In this document: positions 16,323 to 26,100 of the stretch, in pieces
Numbering within the stretch: position 1 is the stretch's first letter
Layout of the letters: each line of letters opens with the position of its first letter
Assembly: GCA_000091165.1 (NCBI GenBank)
Contig: FP565575.1
Coordinates: 1,740,001 to 1,772,000 of the forward strand
From: Candidatus Methylomirabilis oxygeniifera
Lineage (GTDB): Bacteria > Methylomirabilota > Methylomirabilia > Methylomirabilales > Methylomirabilaceae
Length of the DNA: 32,000 nt
Reading direction: 5' to 3'
Notes under the pieces: model-generated
What the model was told of the DNA's origin: nothing
The model's input: the letters and a program-made list of their open reading frames with translations, nothing else
The model's database searches: none
Translations under genes and position numbers: made by a program

Positions 16323-16983
16323 ACCGCTTCCTTTCTGCCAGAACCAAGACTGACCATACCACACCTTCAAATCCGGATCACCGCCTAACCGACCTCGTAG
16401 TCGATCTATCTTCTCCATGGCAAGGGGTGAAGGTTCTCCATAATGTGTTACTTATGTCCCTGAACATCTGTCACTCTTGACTCCGGTCTGTACACCTTCT
16501 GGGGGAGGGAGATCAACTGCTTCAGGGAGAAGAGGCCGGAGACGGTCAAGGGCCGAAACTTGACATGCAACGAGGCCAGGAACTCCCACACCCTTCCCGT
16601 TGCCGCCTGTTCTCGCTCCTCGAGGAGCACCCAGAAATCCTAAGATGACTCGCTTCTCGGGGACGGTTAGCGGTGTATACACCTCGAAGCTATAGCCTCA
16701 TGACGGTCTTCTGCGGCATCTCCAGCCGACGACGGGCAATATGGCCTTTCCTCAGATTCTCGGCGTCCTCAGACACTCGACATCATAACGACTCCATCTT
16801 CAATCAGCCTAGTACAGATTACGGAGTAATCTATACCCTCTGCAGCAGCAAGCGCGATTCCCGAGAGCACCGTTAACCTACACTCCAGCGCCTGACACTT
16901 ACGATCAACGGCCACGAAAAACGGGCCGCCGTATCGCTTTGTTGGGCATCAATCCCCATTAACAAATCGTCTACATTCAGCCA

Positions 16984-19900
16984 TTATCGGTCGTCGAAGA
17001 TATCTCTTTGCGACTCTCTCTCAGCATCACGTTCGTATCCTTCGGCCAAGCTGCGAACTGCGTCAGCCACTCTGTGAAAGCCACTATCGGAAAGCGCCTT
17101 GGCTTTCACCCGATAATCTACTGCGATCTGTCTTTCCTGTTTACCATGGGAGAAGCCATGGGTCCCACGTTTGTTAAATAGGCCAGCTGTAAAGCCTCGC
17201 CGCATCTCTGGTACATCCCTTACGTCCAGAGCCGCCGCGATAGATTTGTGGATCCAAAGGCCTCCGGGGTCTTGCGGCGCATACGCCAGCGCTTGTCCCA
17301 ACTGATCCATAGCGATCCGAAAATATCCAGACTCCTTACAGCGCCTCTTCACCTCGTCCAGCCACTTCGCAAATCTATCGCCATCGAAGCTGCCGTCCGG
17401 CAACGAACCAGGAAGGATGCGCCATCCGTGCAGCAACGAATACGCATTTTGAGCGATTCGCTTCTGGGCCTCGCTGATTTCTCGCTTCGTTTCCTGATCC
17501 TCCTTGTCCGAACAAAATACGACTGCAAGAACTTCGCAGAAGAACGTCGGGGATGATGCCAGCTTATGTTCGAGCACCTTAGGTTCGCCACCGTATAATC
17601 GATTTAGGAGCGGTAGATAGTACCATTCAATCTTAGAGAGATCGTCCGAATCCGGGGGCGCATTTTCTTGCAGCCATTTAACCACCTCGACAATGTGGTA
17701 TTGATCGATTTGTTTTTGTTGTTCCTCTGCACTCAATGCACCTAACAAGGCGGCTGACGCGAGCGGCATCGGGATGGGCACCTTCCCGTCCGCGAGCAAG
17801 TAAAGGCAATCTATGGCCCTCGCTGGCTGCCCATTTGAGGTCAACTTTTCGGCAGCTTCCAGTAAGTCGTCCGGCTCCATACCCCACGGGCTGACCTGAA
17901 CCTGCTTCCAGTAGCTATGGGCCTCGCCCCCAAGGATTCTTTCTGCCCGGCGCCAAGTCTGCTTCTCAGAAGGCACTAGTAAGAGGAAGGCCAAGAGCTG
18001 TTCCTTCCGCCAAGGTTGGCTCAGTTGTTGATCAACCCATGGCCACTTTTGCGTCCAAAATCGCCGCCATACAAAGTTGCCCAGAAACTGCTTGATGGGT
18101 CTATCGCCGTGCTCTAGGAATGCCGGCAACAGGAATGCATCTATGTTGGAATCTTCTATCGCGCCTAACGCATCCCCTACCTTTTGTGGTGACTCAACCT
18201 GTTGTGCGAATTGAATGACTCCATCCACGCCTTTGACGCCCAGGATTGCTTTAATTGCATCCTGTCGAATGTGATCTAGCCTCTGTCGTTCCTGCTCATA
18301 ATTTCCCTTTTCTTCGTACAAATCAAAATCACGCTCGGTGAATAGTCGCCGGTTGGCAAGCTCGAAAGACGCTGGAGCTAACCAGCGCGCCACCTCCTCA
18401 ATCTTCGCGACACGCTCCGCTGGCATCGCCCATTGAGCGTCTGCATACTTCCGGTGCTTCAATGCGATGTCCTTTAACGCCTCCCAGAGCGGCACGCGAT
18501 CCGCTTCAGGAAGCGACGTAACAGCTGAAGACGATAAGTGATTCAACACCTGAGAGTGCGCTGGTTCAGGCAAGTCTCCCAGGCGATCTACCAGCTGGGC
18601 AAGTTTGTCCAGCTGGCGTGCGGCGATCTGTGTACACATCTCAGCATAGAGCTGAACTTGTGCCCAATATTGAGCGATCGTAACTGTTTCCTTCCATCCG
18701 GGCGGGATAAGTGATCGCCAAATCGGCTTGCGTGTACCGGACGTTGCCCCATGGAAGCTGGGAAGTAGGCTGACCAATACATTCCAAGCAACCTCAGGGT
18801 GTTCGCGAAGCAATGATTCCAGCGCGCTTCTCCGGACCGGTAGGTCGGCGAGCGTTTGGGCAAGCCATGGAAGAAAGATATCGACCAGTGAATTGCGAGG
18901 TCGATTGGCCCAACTACCGCCAGGATCTATAGAGGCTAAGTCTCCGAGCAGAGTAGTTACGCGTCCTAGATAATCTGGATGCCACGCAAGGGTCTCAAGC
19001 GCCCAAAGGGTCCCAGTAATGTAATTCTGGCCGCCCAAGGGGCCTCCGCCCTCCTGCCGAAAAATGTCAATAAAGGGGCTGGTGGCTGGATCTTCGACTG
19101 CCGCCTCGACAGCATCGAGAAACTCGTCAGGCGCAGCCTCAGCAAGAAGTGGCATCTCATTGTTGAGGCTCGCCCATGTTAGCCAGTCCGCCTCGTGTAA
19201 TAGCTTGCGCACGACAAGCCTTGCAGTTCCTTCAGCCTTGCCCTGTGAAGTGGATGACAGGGCGTTTGCTTTTGCTCCGAGTAAGGTTAACGACTCGACT
19301 ACTCCTTCACGAATTAAACGCGAGTGGGCCAGCACCTTTCCATGTATAGAAGCCGCATAGCGTTCATCCTTTGGAAGGTCAAATTGCGGGTCCTTCTCCC
19401 CCAATATCCGCAACGCCATCTTTTGAAAGCGATCAAGGTCTTCGTCGGTCATCCTCGGTCCGAGCGCCGACCACGCTTCACCGCGAGAGATGACTTTCCA
19501 TACTTCATTTCGCTGGATAAGGGGAGGGTCCGCGCGCAATGTCTCAGCTCTGACTTCCTCGATCCACTCCCCGTAGGCTTTTCCCAGGAGAATCTCCATC
19601 GCTTCTCTGTCCGCCGCACTGTCGCCTTTCCATTTTCCAACCATGGATGCCTGTGCCAACAGGCGTGCGTTTTCCCAAGTGGCATAGGGCGGCAGTTCGC
19701 CCAGTCCGCGAAGGAAGCGTTTCAATGCAGCCAGGCTCTGCGCTCCAGCGCTCGCCAATTCAGCAGCCCGTTCTTGGGCAAAGCCGCTATCAATTAGAGT
19801 CGTCTCGATCAGGCTACGTGAGGGGCTCATTATTGGAACGAGTTTTTCAGCGCCGTGTGACCAGGCGCCGGAAACCGAGAAGATGATGCCGTGACCTCGT

Positions 19901-20793
19901 GTACGCGCCGCCAGGTGTAGCTGCTCATTCGAATCAGCTAAGTCCAGTCTCGGACTTGCCACCAGGATGTGAAAGCACCGCAAATTGGAAAAGGTATGCC
20001 ACGCGTCGGGGTCGGAGATGAATAAACACCGGCTGCTAAAGGCACGCCGCGTGTTCTCATCCAACGACTCCAGAAATGCGGCGACGAAATCTTCTGCATC
20101 GTTTTCACTCTCCACGGAAAGAATCAATTGCTGAGTTTCGTGACGGAAGAGGCGCTCAAGTTGCAGGCAGGCGTTTTCTCGTCCCGCGAGGAAAATCTTG
20201 GGCGGTAACGGGGGGTCGTCCTTGCCACCCAACTGCGCGAGGTGCGACCAGTGCTCAGCCGGTGTTTGGAATCCTGCGAGAGCTTTGACTAGGCCGATGC
20301 GCTGAAGCAGCCATTTCCCCATAGCTGGGAATTCGCGCAGCCACTCGCACAGTTGCACTCCATCAATGACCTTGACCTCCTTCCAGCCATCCCCCTGCCG
20401 CTTCTGAATCCAGGCAGCTTGGGATGGCTGGTCCCAGCCCCTGCTTCTTGGTGTTACAAAGACAAACGTTACGTCCGCCCGCTCCGCTACCGGCGTTTCG
20501 TCAGTTCGCTTCGTGTAGTTTTCTGTTGCCCTACCCTGAGCATCTGCGCCACGACTAATTTCCCAATAACTCGTTTGCTTGGGAACGAATTGCCGAAAGC
20601 CGCCTTCCGTTTGAACCATGCCATCAAGTCCTGGTAATCCGATTGCGTCGCCGTATGGAATTCGGCACAAGGTCAAATCTGGCACGGAAAAGTTTACGAG
20701 TTGAGCGACTAGCTCCGGTATTACCGGCTCACTGTCGCGTCGATCAGCGAAGTCTTCTAACTCGCTTGCCGTAACTAGCTTCGTATGCTCCAT
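16984..20793 (-). CDS. 1269-aa hypothetical protein: N-terminal alpha/beta domain plus long helical-repeat-like body
   Basis: It is a long uninterrupted ORF with AGGAG 6 nt upstream of the ATG. I found no Walker A, DEAD, HxH, HKD or other catalytic motif by eye. After about residue 170 the composition is Leu/Ala/Glu-rich. Confidence 0.85.
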   Translation of the reverse strand: MEHTKLVTASELEDFADRRDSEPVIPELVAQLVNFSVPDLTLCRIPYGDAIGLPGLDGMVQTEGGFRQFVPKQTSYWEISRGADAQGRATENYTKRTDETPVAERADVTFVFVTPRSRGWDQPSQAAWIQKRQGDGWKEVKVIDGVQLCEWLREFPAMGKWLLQRIGLVKALAGFQTPAEHWSHLAQLGGKDDPPLPPKIFLAGRENACLQLERLFRHETQQLILSVESENDAEDFVAAFLESLDENTRRAFSSRCLFISDPDAWHTFSNLRCFHILVASPRLDLADSNEQLHLAARTRGHGIIFSVSGAWSHGAEKLVPIMSPSRSLIETTLIDSGFAQERAAELASAGAQSLAALKRFLRGLGELPPYATWENARLLAQASMVGKWKGDSAADREAMEILLGKAYGEWIEEVRAETLRADPPLIQRNEVWKVISRGEAWSALGPRMTDEDLDRFQKMALRILGEKDPQFDLPKDERYAASIHGKVLAHSRLIREGVVESLTLLGAKANALSSTSQGKAEGTARLVVRKLLHEADWLTWASLNNEMPLLAEAAPDEFLDAVEAAVEDPATSPFIDIFRQEGGGPLGGQNYITGTLWALETLAWHPDYLGRVTTLLGDLASIDPGGSWANRPRNSLVDIFLPWLAQTLADLPVRRSALESLLREHPEVAWNVLVSLLPSFHGATSGTRKPIWRSLIPPGWKETVTIAQYWAQVQLYAEMCTQIAARQLDKLAQLVDRLGDLPEPAHSQVLNHLSSSAVTSLPEADRVPLWEALKDIALKHRKYADAQWAMPAERVAKIEEVARWLAPASFELANRRLFTERDFDLYEEKGNYEQERQRLDHIRQDAIKAILGVKGVDGVIQFAQQVESPQKVGDALGAIEDSNIDAFLLPAFLEHGDRPIKQFLGNFVWRRFWTQKWPWVDQQLSQPWRKEQLLAFLLLVPSEKQTWRRAERILGGEAHSYWKQVQVSPWGMEPDDLLEAAEKLTSNGQPARAIDCLYLLADGKVPIPMPLASAALLGALSAEEQQKQIDQYHIVEVVKWLQENAPPDSDDLSKIEWYYLPLLNRLYGGEPKVLEHKLASSPTFFCEVLAVVFCSDKEDQETKREISEAQKRIAQNAYSLLHGWRILPGSLPDGSFDGDRFAKWLDEVKRRCKESGYFRIAMDQLGQALAYAPQDPGGLWIHKSIAAALDVRDVPEMRRGFTAGLFNKRGTHGFSHGKQERQIAVDYRVKAKALSDSGFHRVADAVRSLAEGYERDAERESQRDIFDDR

Positions 20794-20802
20794 GGGAGAC
20801 TC

Positions 20803-20988
20803 CTAGTTACGGGGGTGGAATCTACACTTCGCTCGGTAGTAGACGCGGTTCTCGTAAGCATCACTAACCTCCACTTTGACACCTCGCGTGCGGCCTCCAG
20901 AGAGCCTCCAGATGATCACTTCGAGCCGGTGCACTGCGCTCAACAGGTCCTGGCCCTCTTTCTTGCGTATTCCGATCAAAGTTGCCAC
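20803..20988 (-). CDS. Possible 61-aa protein between the helicase and the giant gene
   Basis: It starts at a GTG 20 nt after the helicase stop. Its TAG stop overlaps the AGGAG Shine-Dalgarno sequence of the 1269-aa gene (aacTAGGAGtctcccATG). Its composition is more protein-like than the alternative frame, but its own RBS is weak. Confidence 0.3.
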   Translation of the reverse strand: MATLIGIRKKEGQDLLSAVHRLEVIIWRLSGGRTRGVKVEVSDAYENRVYYRAKCRFHPRN

Positions 20989-21008
20989 TCATTCCGGCTT
21001 TCCACACC

Positions 21009-23081
21009 TCACATCCGCAAATCATCCAGGAATTCCGATGCCGGGGCGACGCTGGTGACGAGCAGATGATCCCTTGCGCGGGTGCATGCGACATAGAGAA
21101 GGTGGCGTTCGGTGTTGTACACATCTTCCAGATCCGCGTCGTCCGTCACTGTCTCGATTCGTTCCTGCAGGGGAATGACCTCATCATCACAAGCCATCAC
21201 GACGACTGCTCGGAACTCGAGGCCCTTGGCGAGATGCATGGTGCTGATCGACACGTGGCCGCTGGTTGTTTCGACTTGTTCATCCAGTATCTTGAAGGTG
21301 AGCCCCGCTTCTTTGACGGCTGCAAGCGCTCGGTCCAGCTCCGCCGCAGATCGAACAAATACACCGAACTCGTGGGGTGCTACGCCGTCCTTCTTGAGGT
21401 CCATAATCCATTTGCTGACCGTAGCCTTCTCGGTTTCGAGGCTGTCACAAACCCTGATTGTCGGTGCGGGACCGTTGAACACAGAGATGGTGTTGCTCCG
21501 ATCCTCCGTATTGCCGTCCGCATCGGTCACTTCTGGAGCCAGCAATCGATCTGCCTGCATGCGGATCTGGTGGGAGGTTCGGTAATTGACGTGCAGGGTC
21601 CGGGCACGCCCGCGGATATCGATGCCCAGTGCGAGCCACGAGAAGGGTTGTTGGAAGATGCGTTGACCAAGATCGCCTGCAAAGAACAGGCTGTTCGGTC
21701 GATCCGCCCCGAGCGCAGCAATGAACCGCAAATGAGCCACGCTCATGTCTTGGGCCTCGTCCACGACGGCAAAGTCGAAGGGCGGATGTTTACTTTCGGC
21801 TACAACAGCGGCCAGTCTGCTGAACATGCCCGAGCCTGTGATCAGGTTCCCTGCCGCCAGGCGCGCACGGACATGATCGAAAATAGACCAGAGCACAACG
21901 CGCTGCTTCTCCGGTAGCCGCGTCTTTCTGCCCAGCCGCCTGACATCGCGATACGCCTCCCATGTTTCCAACTGCCACGCATCGACGACTTGCTTCCACT
22001 CCGTCAGCAAGAAGGGCAGGCTAAATTTATGGCCGGTAACTTCTGCGGCTGCCTCCTTCAGGAGTTCCAGCACTGTGACCTGCGACACGATCTGCGATTG
22101 GCCGAGGTGAGGTTTGAAGAGCCGATGGCCAATGGCATCGATGGAATGCACCTCCAGACGTTCGGCCAAACGCGGTTCGTTGCTGACCAGCCGCCTGAGT
22201 TGTATTCGGAGAGCATTCGCCAGGATGTCTGAAAAGGTGGTGAGCAACACTCTGGCATCGGGGTTGGCGCGGGTCAGAAAGACGGCCCGATGCAAGGCGA
22301 CGATGGTCTTTCCTGTACCCGCCGAGCCGGAGACCCGCGCGGGGCCGTTGTAGTCGCGCTCGACCCATTGGCGTTGTGCCGGATGGAGAAAGACCGTCCA
22401 TTTGTCCCAGGGATAGTCGAGGGCCCGCTGCAACTCCTCGATGTTGTTCATGACCCGGAATCGACGCTGAGCATCCGGGTGAGCAAACGGATCGGTTCCG
22501 GTGGGGACGGGCTTGGCGACGTCCGGCTTCCCGCCGGTGGCGAGTTCCAGCAGCGCTTCAGCCGCTTCACTCGGTAAATGATCCGCCAATGCCAGCAAGG
22601 TGTCCTCCGTGGCTTGTCGAACATCATTCAGCCACCCCAGTGGCACACCGTAGTTCAGCAGGCAATCGTCGGACACCTCAGCGAATAGGCGCGGTTTAGG
22701 TGGAGCCGGCTGTTGAGTCTCGACGTATGCAGGGATAATGATTTCCTGGACCGTCTCCCGCACCTCAACCAACTGAGCAGCCCCGGTCTTTGGGTGTGTC
22801 TCCAACTTCCGGCGCTCAGCCCAGCGATAGGCGTTATCGTGGTGATCGACATAGCAGAGCAAGAGGCTCTCATCGCTCCTGTGGACAATGAGCCGGATAT
22901 CGTCGTTGACATACACCGACCAGAATTTCTTATCCCTGGCCTTATCGAGCTTGTGGAAACTCATGCCGGGATGAGCCGGATTCATTTGCAAGTCAAAGGC
23001 CGTAGTCTTTACGGCCTTCTGCTCGTCACCGGTCAACCGGGCCAGGCTGTCGGTGAAGGTGTCTGCGATTCGAAAGTCCAT
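21009..23081 (-). CDS. UvrD/Rep-like SF1 helicase with an N-terminal RelE/ParE-like domain
   Basis: Walker A is GSAGTGKT (aa 252-259). Motif II is FAVVDEAQDMS. FFAGDLGQRIF, VNYRTSHQI, TMHLAKGLEFRAVVV and YVACTRARDHLLVT are also present. The N-terminal ~95 aa read FHKLDKARDKKFWSVYVNDDIRLIVHRSDESLLLCYVDHHDNAYRWA. Confidence 0.9.
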   Translation of the reverse strand: MDFRIADTFTDSLARLTGDEQKAVKTTAFDLQMNPAHPGMSFHKLDKARDKKFWSVYVNDDIRLIVHRSDESLLLCYVDHHDNAYRWAERRKLETHPKTGAAQLVEVRETVQEIIIPAYVETQQPAPPKPRLFAEVSDDCLLNYGVPLGWLNDVRQATEDTLLALADHLPSEAAEALLELATGGKPDVAKPVPTGTDPFAHPDAQRRFRVMNNIEELQRALDYPWDKWTVFLHPAQRQWVERDYNGPARVSGSAGTGKTIVALHRAVFLTRANPDARVLLTTFSDILANALRIQLRRLVSNEPRLAERLEVHSIDAIGHRLFKPHLGQSQIVSQVTVLELLKEAAAEVTGHKFSLPFLLTEWKQVVDAWQLETWEAYRDVRRLGRKTRLPEKQRVVLWSIFDHVRARLAAGNLITGSGMFSRLAAVVAESKHPPFDFAVVDEAQDMSVAHLRFIAALGADRPNSLFFAGDLGQRIFQQPFSWLALGIDIRGRARTLHVNYRTSHQIRMQADRLLAPEVTDADGNTEDRSNTISVFNGPAPTIRVCDSLETEKATVSKWIMDLKKDGVAPHEFGVFVRSAAELDRALAAVKEAGLTFKILDEQVETTSGHVSISTMHLAKGLEFRAVVVMACDDEVIPLQERIETVTDDADLEDVYNTERHLLYVACTRARDHLLVTSVAPASEFLDDLRM

Positions 23082-23115
23082 GAGTATGTCTCTATACCCT
23101 CGCGCCTACGGCTCG

Positions 23116-26100
23116 TCAGAGTCCATATTTCCGCTTCCGATTAACGAAGGCTGGCTCTGTTCCTTCAAGAATCTCCACGACTCTGGCCTTGATCTCGCTG
23201 GACTCGATAGCGCCTGAGATGTATCCAAATAGATTGTTGGCTTTGTCGCAGCTAGCGCAAATGATCTGCTCGGCATCGCAAACCACTGCCAAATTCGGAT
23301 TGTGCGTGACCATGATTACTTGGCGGCGCTGCTTCGCCGCTTTGATACACGTAACGAGAATCTTGTAAATCGTCTGGTTGTCGAGATTCTCCTCCGGCTG
23401 GTCGATAATCAGAGGTATGTCGTCCTTATCCACCAAGAGATAGAACACCAGCAGGAGCAATCCGCGCTCGCCTGGAGAGAGTCGCCCGATCTCTTGACCG
23501 CCATAGGTCAATGAATATCGCGGCTGTAAATAGCTCAATCCAAACAGGAAGTCATATACGTCTTTCACCTCACTGTGTTTCCGAAGCTGATCGCTCGGCT
23601 GCATCTCGTTTCCACCGCCGTCTTCGCGACGGTCAACGTGCAACATGTCATCGATGCGACTCACAAACTGAACCGTTTCTTCCGAATCGCCGAAATCTGT
23701 TTCCCGGAGAATGCCGTGAATCAGTTGATTGCTTTCCTCGATGCCCGAGAAGCTCCCCCGCGTTTGACGATTGATCATGGCCAGAAAATGCTGCTGGAAT
23801 CCCTCCTCCGCGATCCTCACGTTGAAAGCAAGGGGCAACGGCATCTCCATGTTGGCGGCGGACTGAACGAATCCTTGCACCGGCTGGTATAGCCGCTTAT
23901 ATTCCGCAACCGTCTTTTCGATCTGCTCATGTAGGCGTCGAACCACCGCAATACGTTCCTCTCGCAACTGATTGCGCTTCGCTGGAAGCTGAGCAAGCTC
24001 CTGTATTTCCGCTTCGAACCACGAAATCGAGTGGACTTTCTCTCTCGCGCCGATTAGTTCCGCTTTGGCACGCTTCCACTGCGAGACCTGTTCCTGATAC
24101 ACAACGTAAAGACGCTGCTTCTCACTAAGCTTGCTCTTGATTGCCTTGACCTCGGATTCAGCGGTCTCTCGCCGCTTGGTAATGCCGGTTGCTTCTTGGC
24201 TGTTGAGGATCTTATCTTGCGCTACGATCTCCGCTTTCATCGCAGCGCCGATGCTGTCCAGCTTCGAGGTATCCACTTTGAGCGAAACAACGTCATCGGT
24301 CGAAAGACTGCTATCGATCTCGACGAGTGTCATTTTCAGGTTGGCCAAGAATTGCTCATGCGCCTTCTCATGATTTGTGAGTGCCTGCAAGACGCGATTC
24401 ACTAAGGCCGCACGTTTGGTCGCACCCGCTTTCTTTTCGCGAGCCACCCGTTCCTCATCGCGGATCGCAGCAAGCTGGCCTCCCAGCTCCTGTAATCTGG
24501 CCGTCGCAGCAGCGGCTTCGGCTTTCGCGGCGTCGGACGCGGTCGGATCCTCAACTACCGCAGGCCTTGCGCTCTCCAGTGCCTGCAACTCTTTGCGCTT
24601 ACCTTCGAGCTGGGTTTCCAGGCTGAGCCGAAAATTCGGCGCCAGTCGCCTTTCTATGGTGTTTATTTCGTCGTTGAGCTTGGATAGCTGTTGCGCTACC
24701 TGCTCGCGCTCGCGCTCGATCTCCTCGACCTTGAAATTCAGAAGATCATCGAGGGAAATGAAATCGAGCTTCTCTTCCTCTGGCACATGCGTATAAATAA
24801 TCTTTCGCAATTCGCTGTCGAAGGTAGACGAACCGACGCCGCCGAGTTCATTGCAGAGTGCTTCGAGATAGCTTTGCGGAAGATATTTGACCCGTTCTAC
24901 ATCCGACGGTGCGGGGTTCTGGTGAAGTTCGCGCGTGGAGTCGGTTCCGTCCTGCCATCGAAGGGTGCCTGCGAACTGGGCTGCGAGCCTGCTCTTCGGG
25001 TCGCGGAATCGATCCTCAGTCAGAAAGGAGAACTTCTCATAGTTCTTGGTATTCCCAGCGAGCGCTGCTATGTCGGCTAGGGCGCTCTTACCACTGCCCT
25101 TGTTCCCGATAATTGCGACGAGATCATGATTCAGCGGCAGGTTAACGTCGAACCATGTATCGGGCAGGGCAGACCCTGCCTTCTTCTTGATCGTGATGGC
25201 AGAGGCATATTTGGTTCGATTTGCGGCAACGAGTTGATACTTCGGAGGCACATCGCCGACGAAGACGCGCTGATCGAATTCCGTTACGGCCTGACGCAGA
25301 CCCTCGAACGTCGAATCCGCTTTTATCCAGGTGAAGCAATGGCCAATTCGATCTTTGCTTTCAGACGTGCTCAGGGCGTGAGCATCTGAGCAATCGAGAA
25401 GCTTGCTGTTGACGTGTGAGTCCGCAAGCCGTTTTCGCGCGGTCTCGTAGGACTCGGGATTCGGAGCTGCGGTGAATACAAGCTGAACACCATTGATGAC
25501 GTTGCGCTTCTCGGCTATCGATTGATCATCCCACTTCATGTTCTCCCATTCGGTCTTGCCAACGGCTAACAGATAGCGATTCGTCAGTGTGTGATTGTCT
25601 AGAGCCTGAACGATTGATTCCAAACTTACGCAGAGGTTGTTGAAGCCCTCCTGCAATGGGGCGCCGTAGGCTGCTTTCTTATCGGCCGGAGCAGCGCCGA
25701 TAATCCTCTGTCCAAGATCCTTCAAACTGGCCAGGGTAATCACCGCCTGCCATTTCCCTTTCAGGTGGGTGGAATCCGGGATTAGATTATAATAAGGTGC
25801 AAGCGCATTCAGGAATTGTTGGCGGATAATCTCTGGATCGAGCTCGTCGAAGATGACGTGGAGATTGATCCTATTCCAGTCCGATTGAGAATAGTTTCCG
25901 TGTTCGTCTTTCTTGACTACGCCGGCAAATTTGTCCAAGCGGAATTCAACGACTGGAAGAATCAGGTCAATGTTCGTCAAACGGCCTCGTTCACGCTTTT
26001 CTATCAGGACTCGCTCGTAGCCCTCTATGAAAATGTAGTCGTTGATGCCGATGACTTTGAACTCAGGTGAAAGCTTTTCGAGGTCGGCTAAGAAAGCCTC

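Noticed and set aside
16984-20793. A STAND/AAA NTPase or PD-ExK nuclease assignment for the 1269-aa protein.
   Set aside because: No GxxxxGK[ST] motif is present. The N-terminal D...E-I-S arrangement does not satisfy an ExK motif, so I left the protein unassigned rather than force a family call.
20864-20994. An alternative 42-codon frame in the helicase/giant-gene gap (MSGNFDRNTQERGPGPVERSAP...).
   Set aside because: Its Arg/Pro/Gly-rich composition is typical of an off-frame reading. The 61-aa frame is more protein-like and ends at the downstream Shine-Dalgarno sequence. Neither frame is strongly supported.
20982-21917. A 311-aa plus-strand ORF antisense to the helicase. Similar antisense ORFs occur at 29790-30425, 30453-31211, 14631-15263 and 11081-11749.
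   Set aside because: Each lies opposite a gene with strong family motifs and shows an antisense-type composition. None has its own RBS context.
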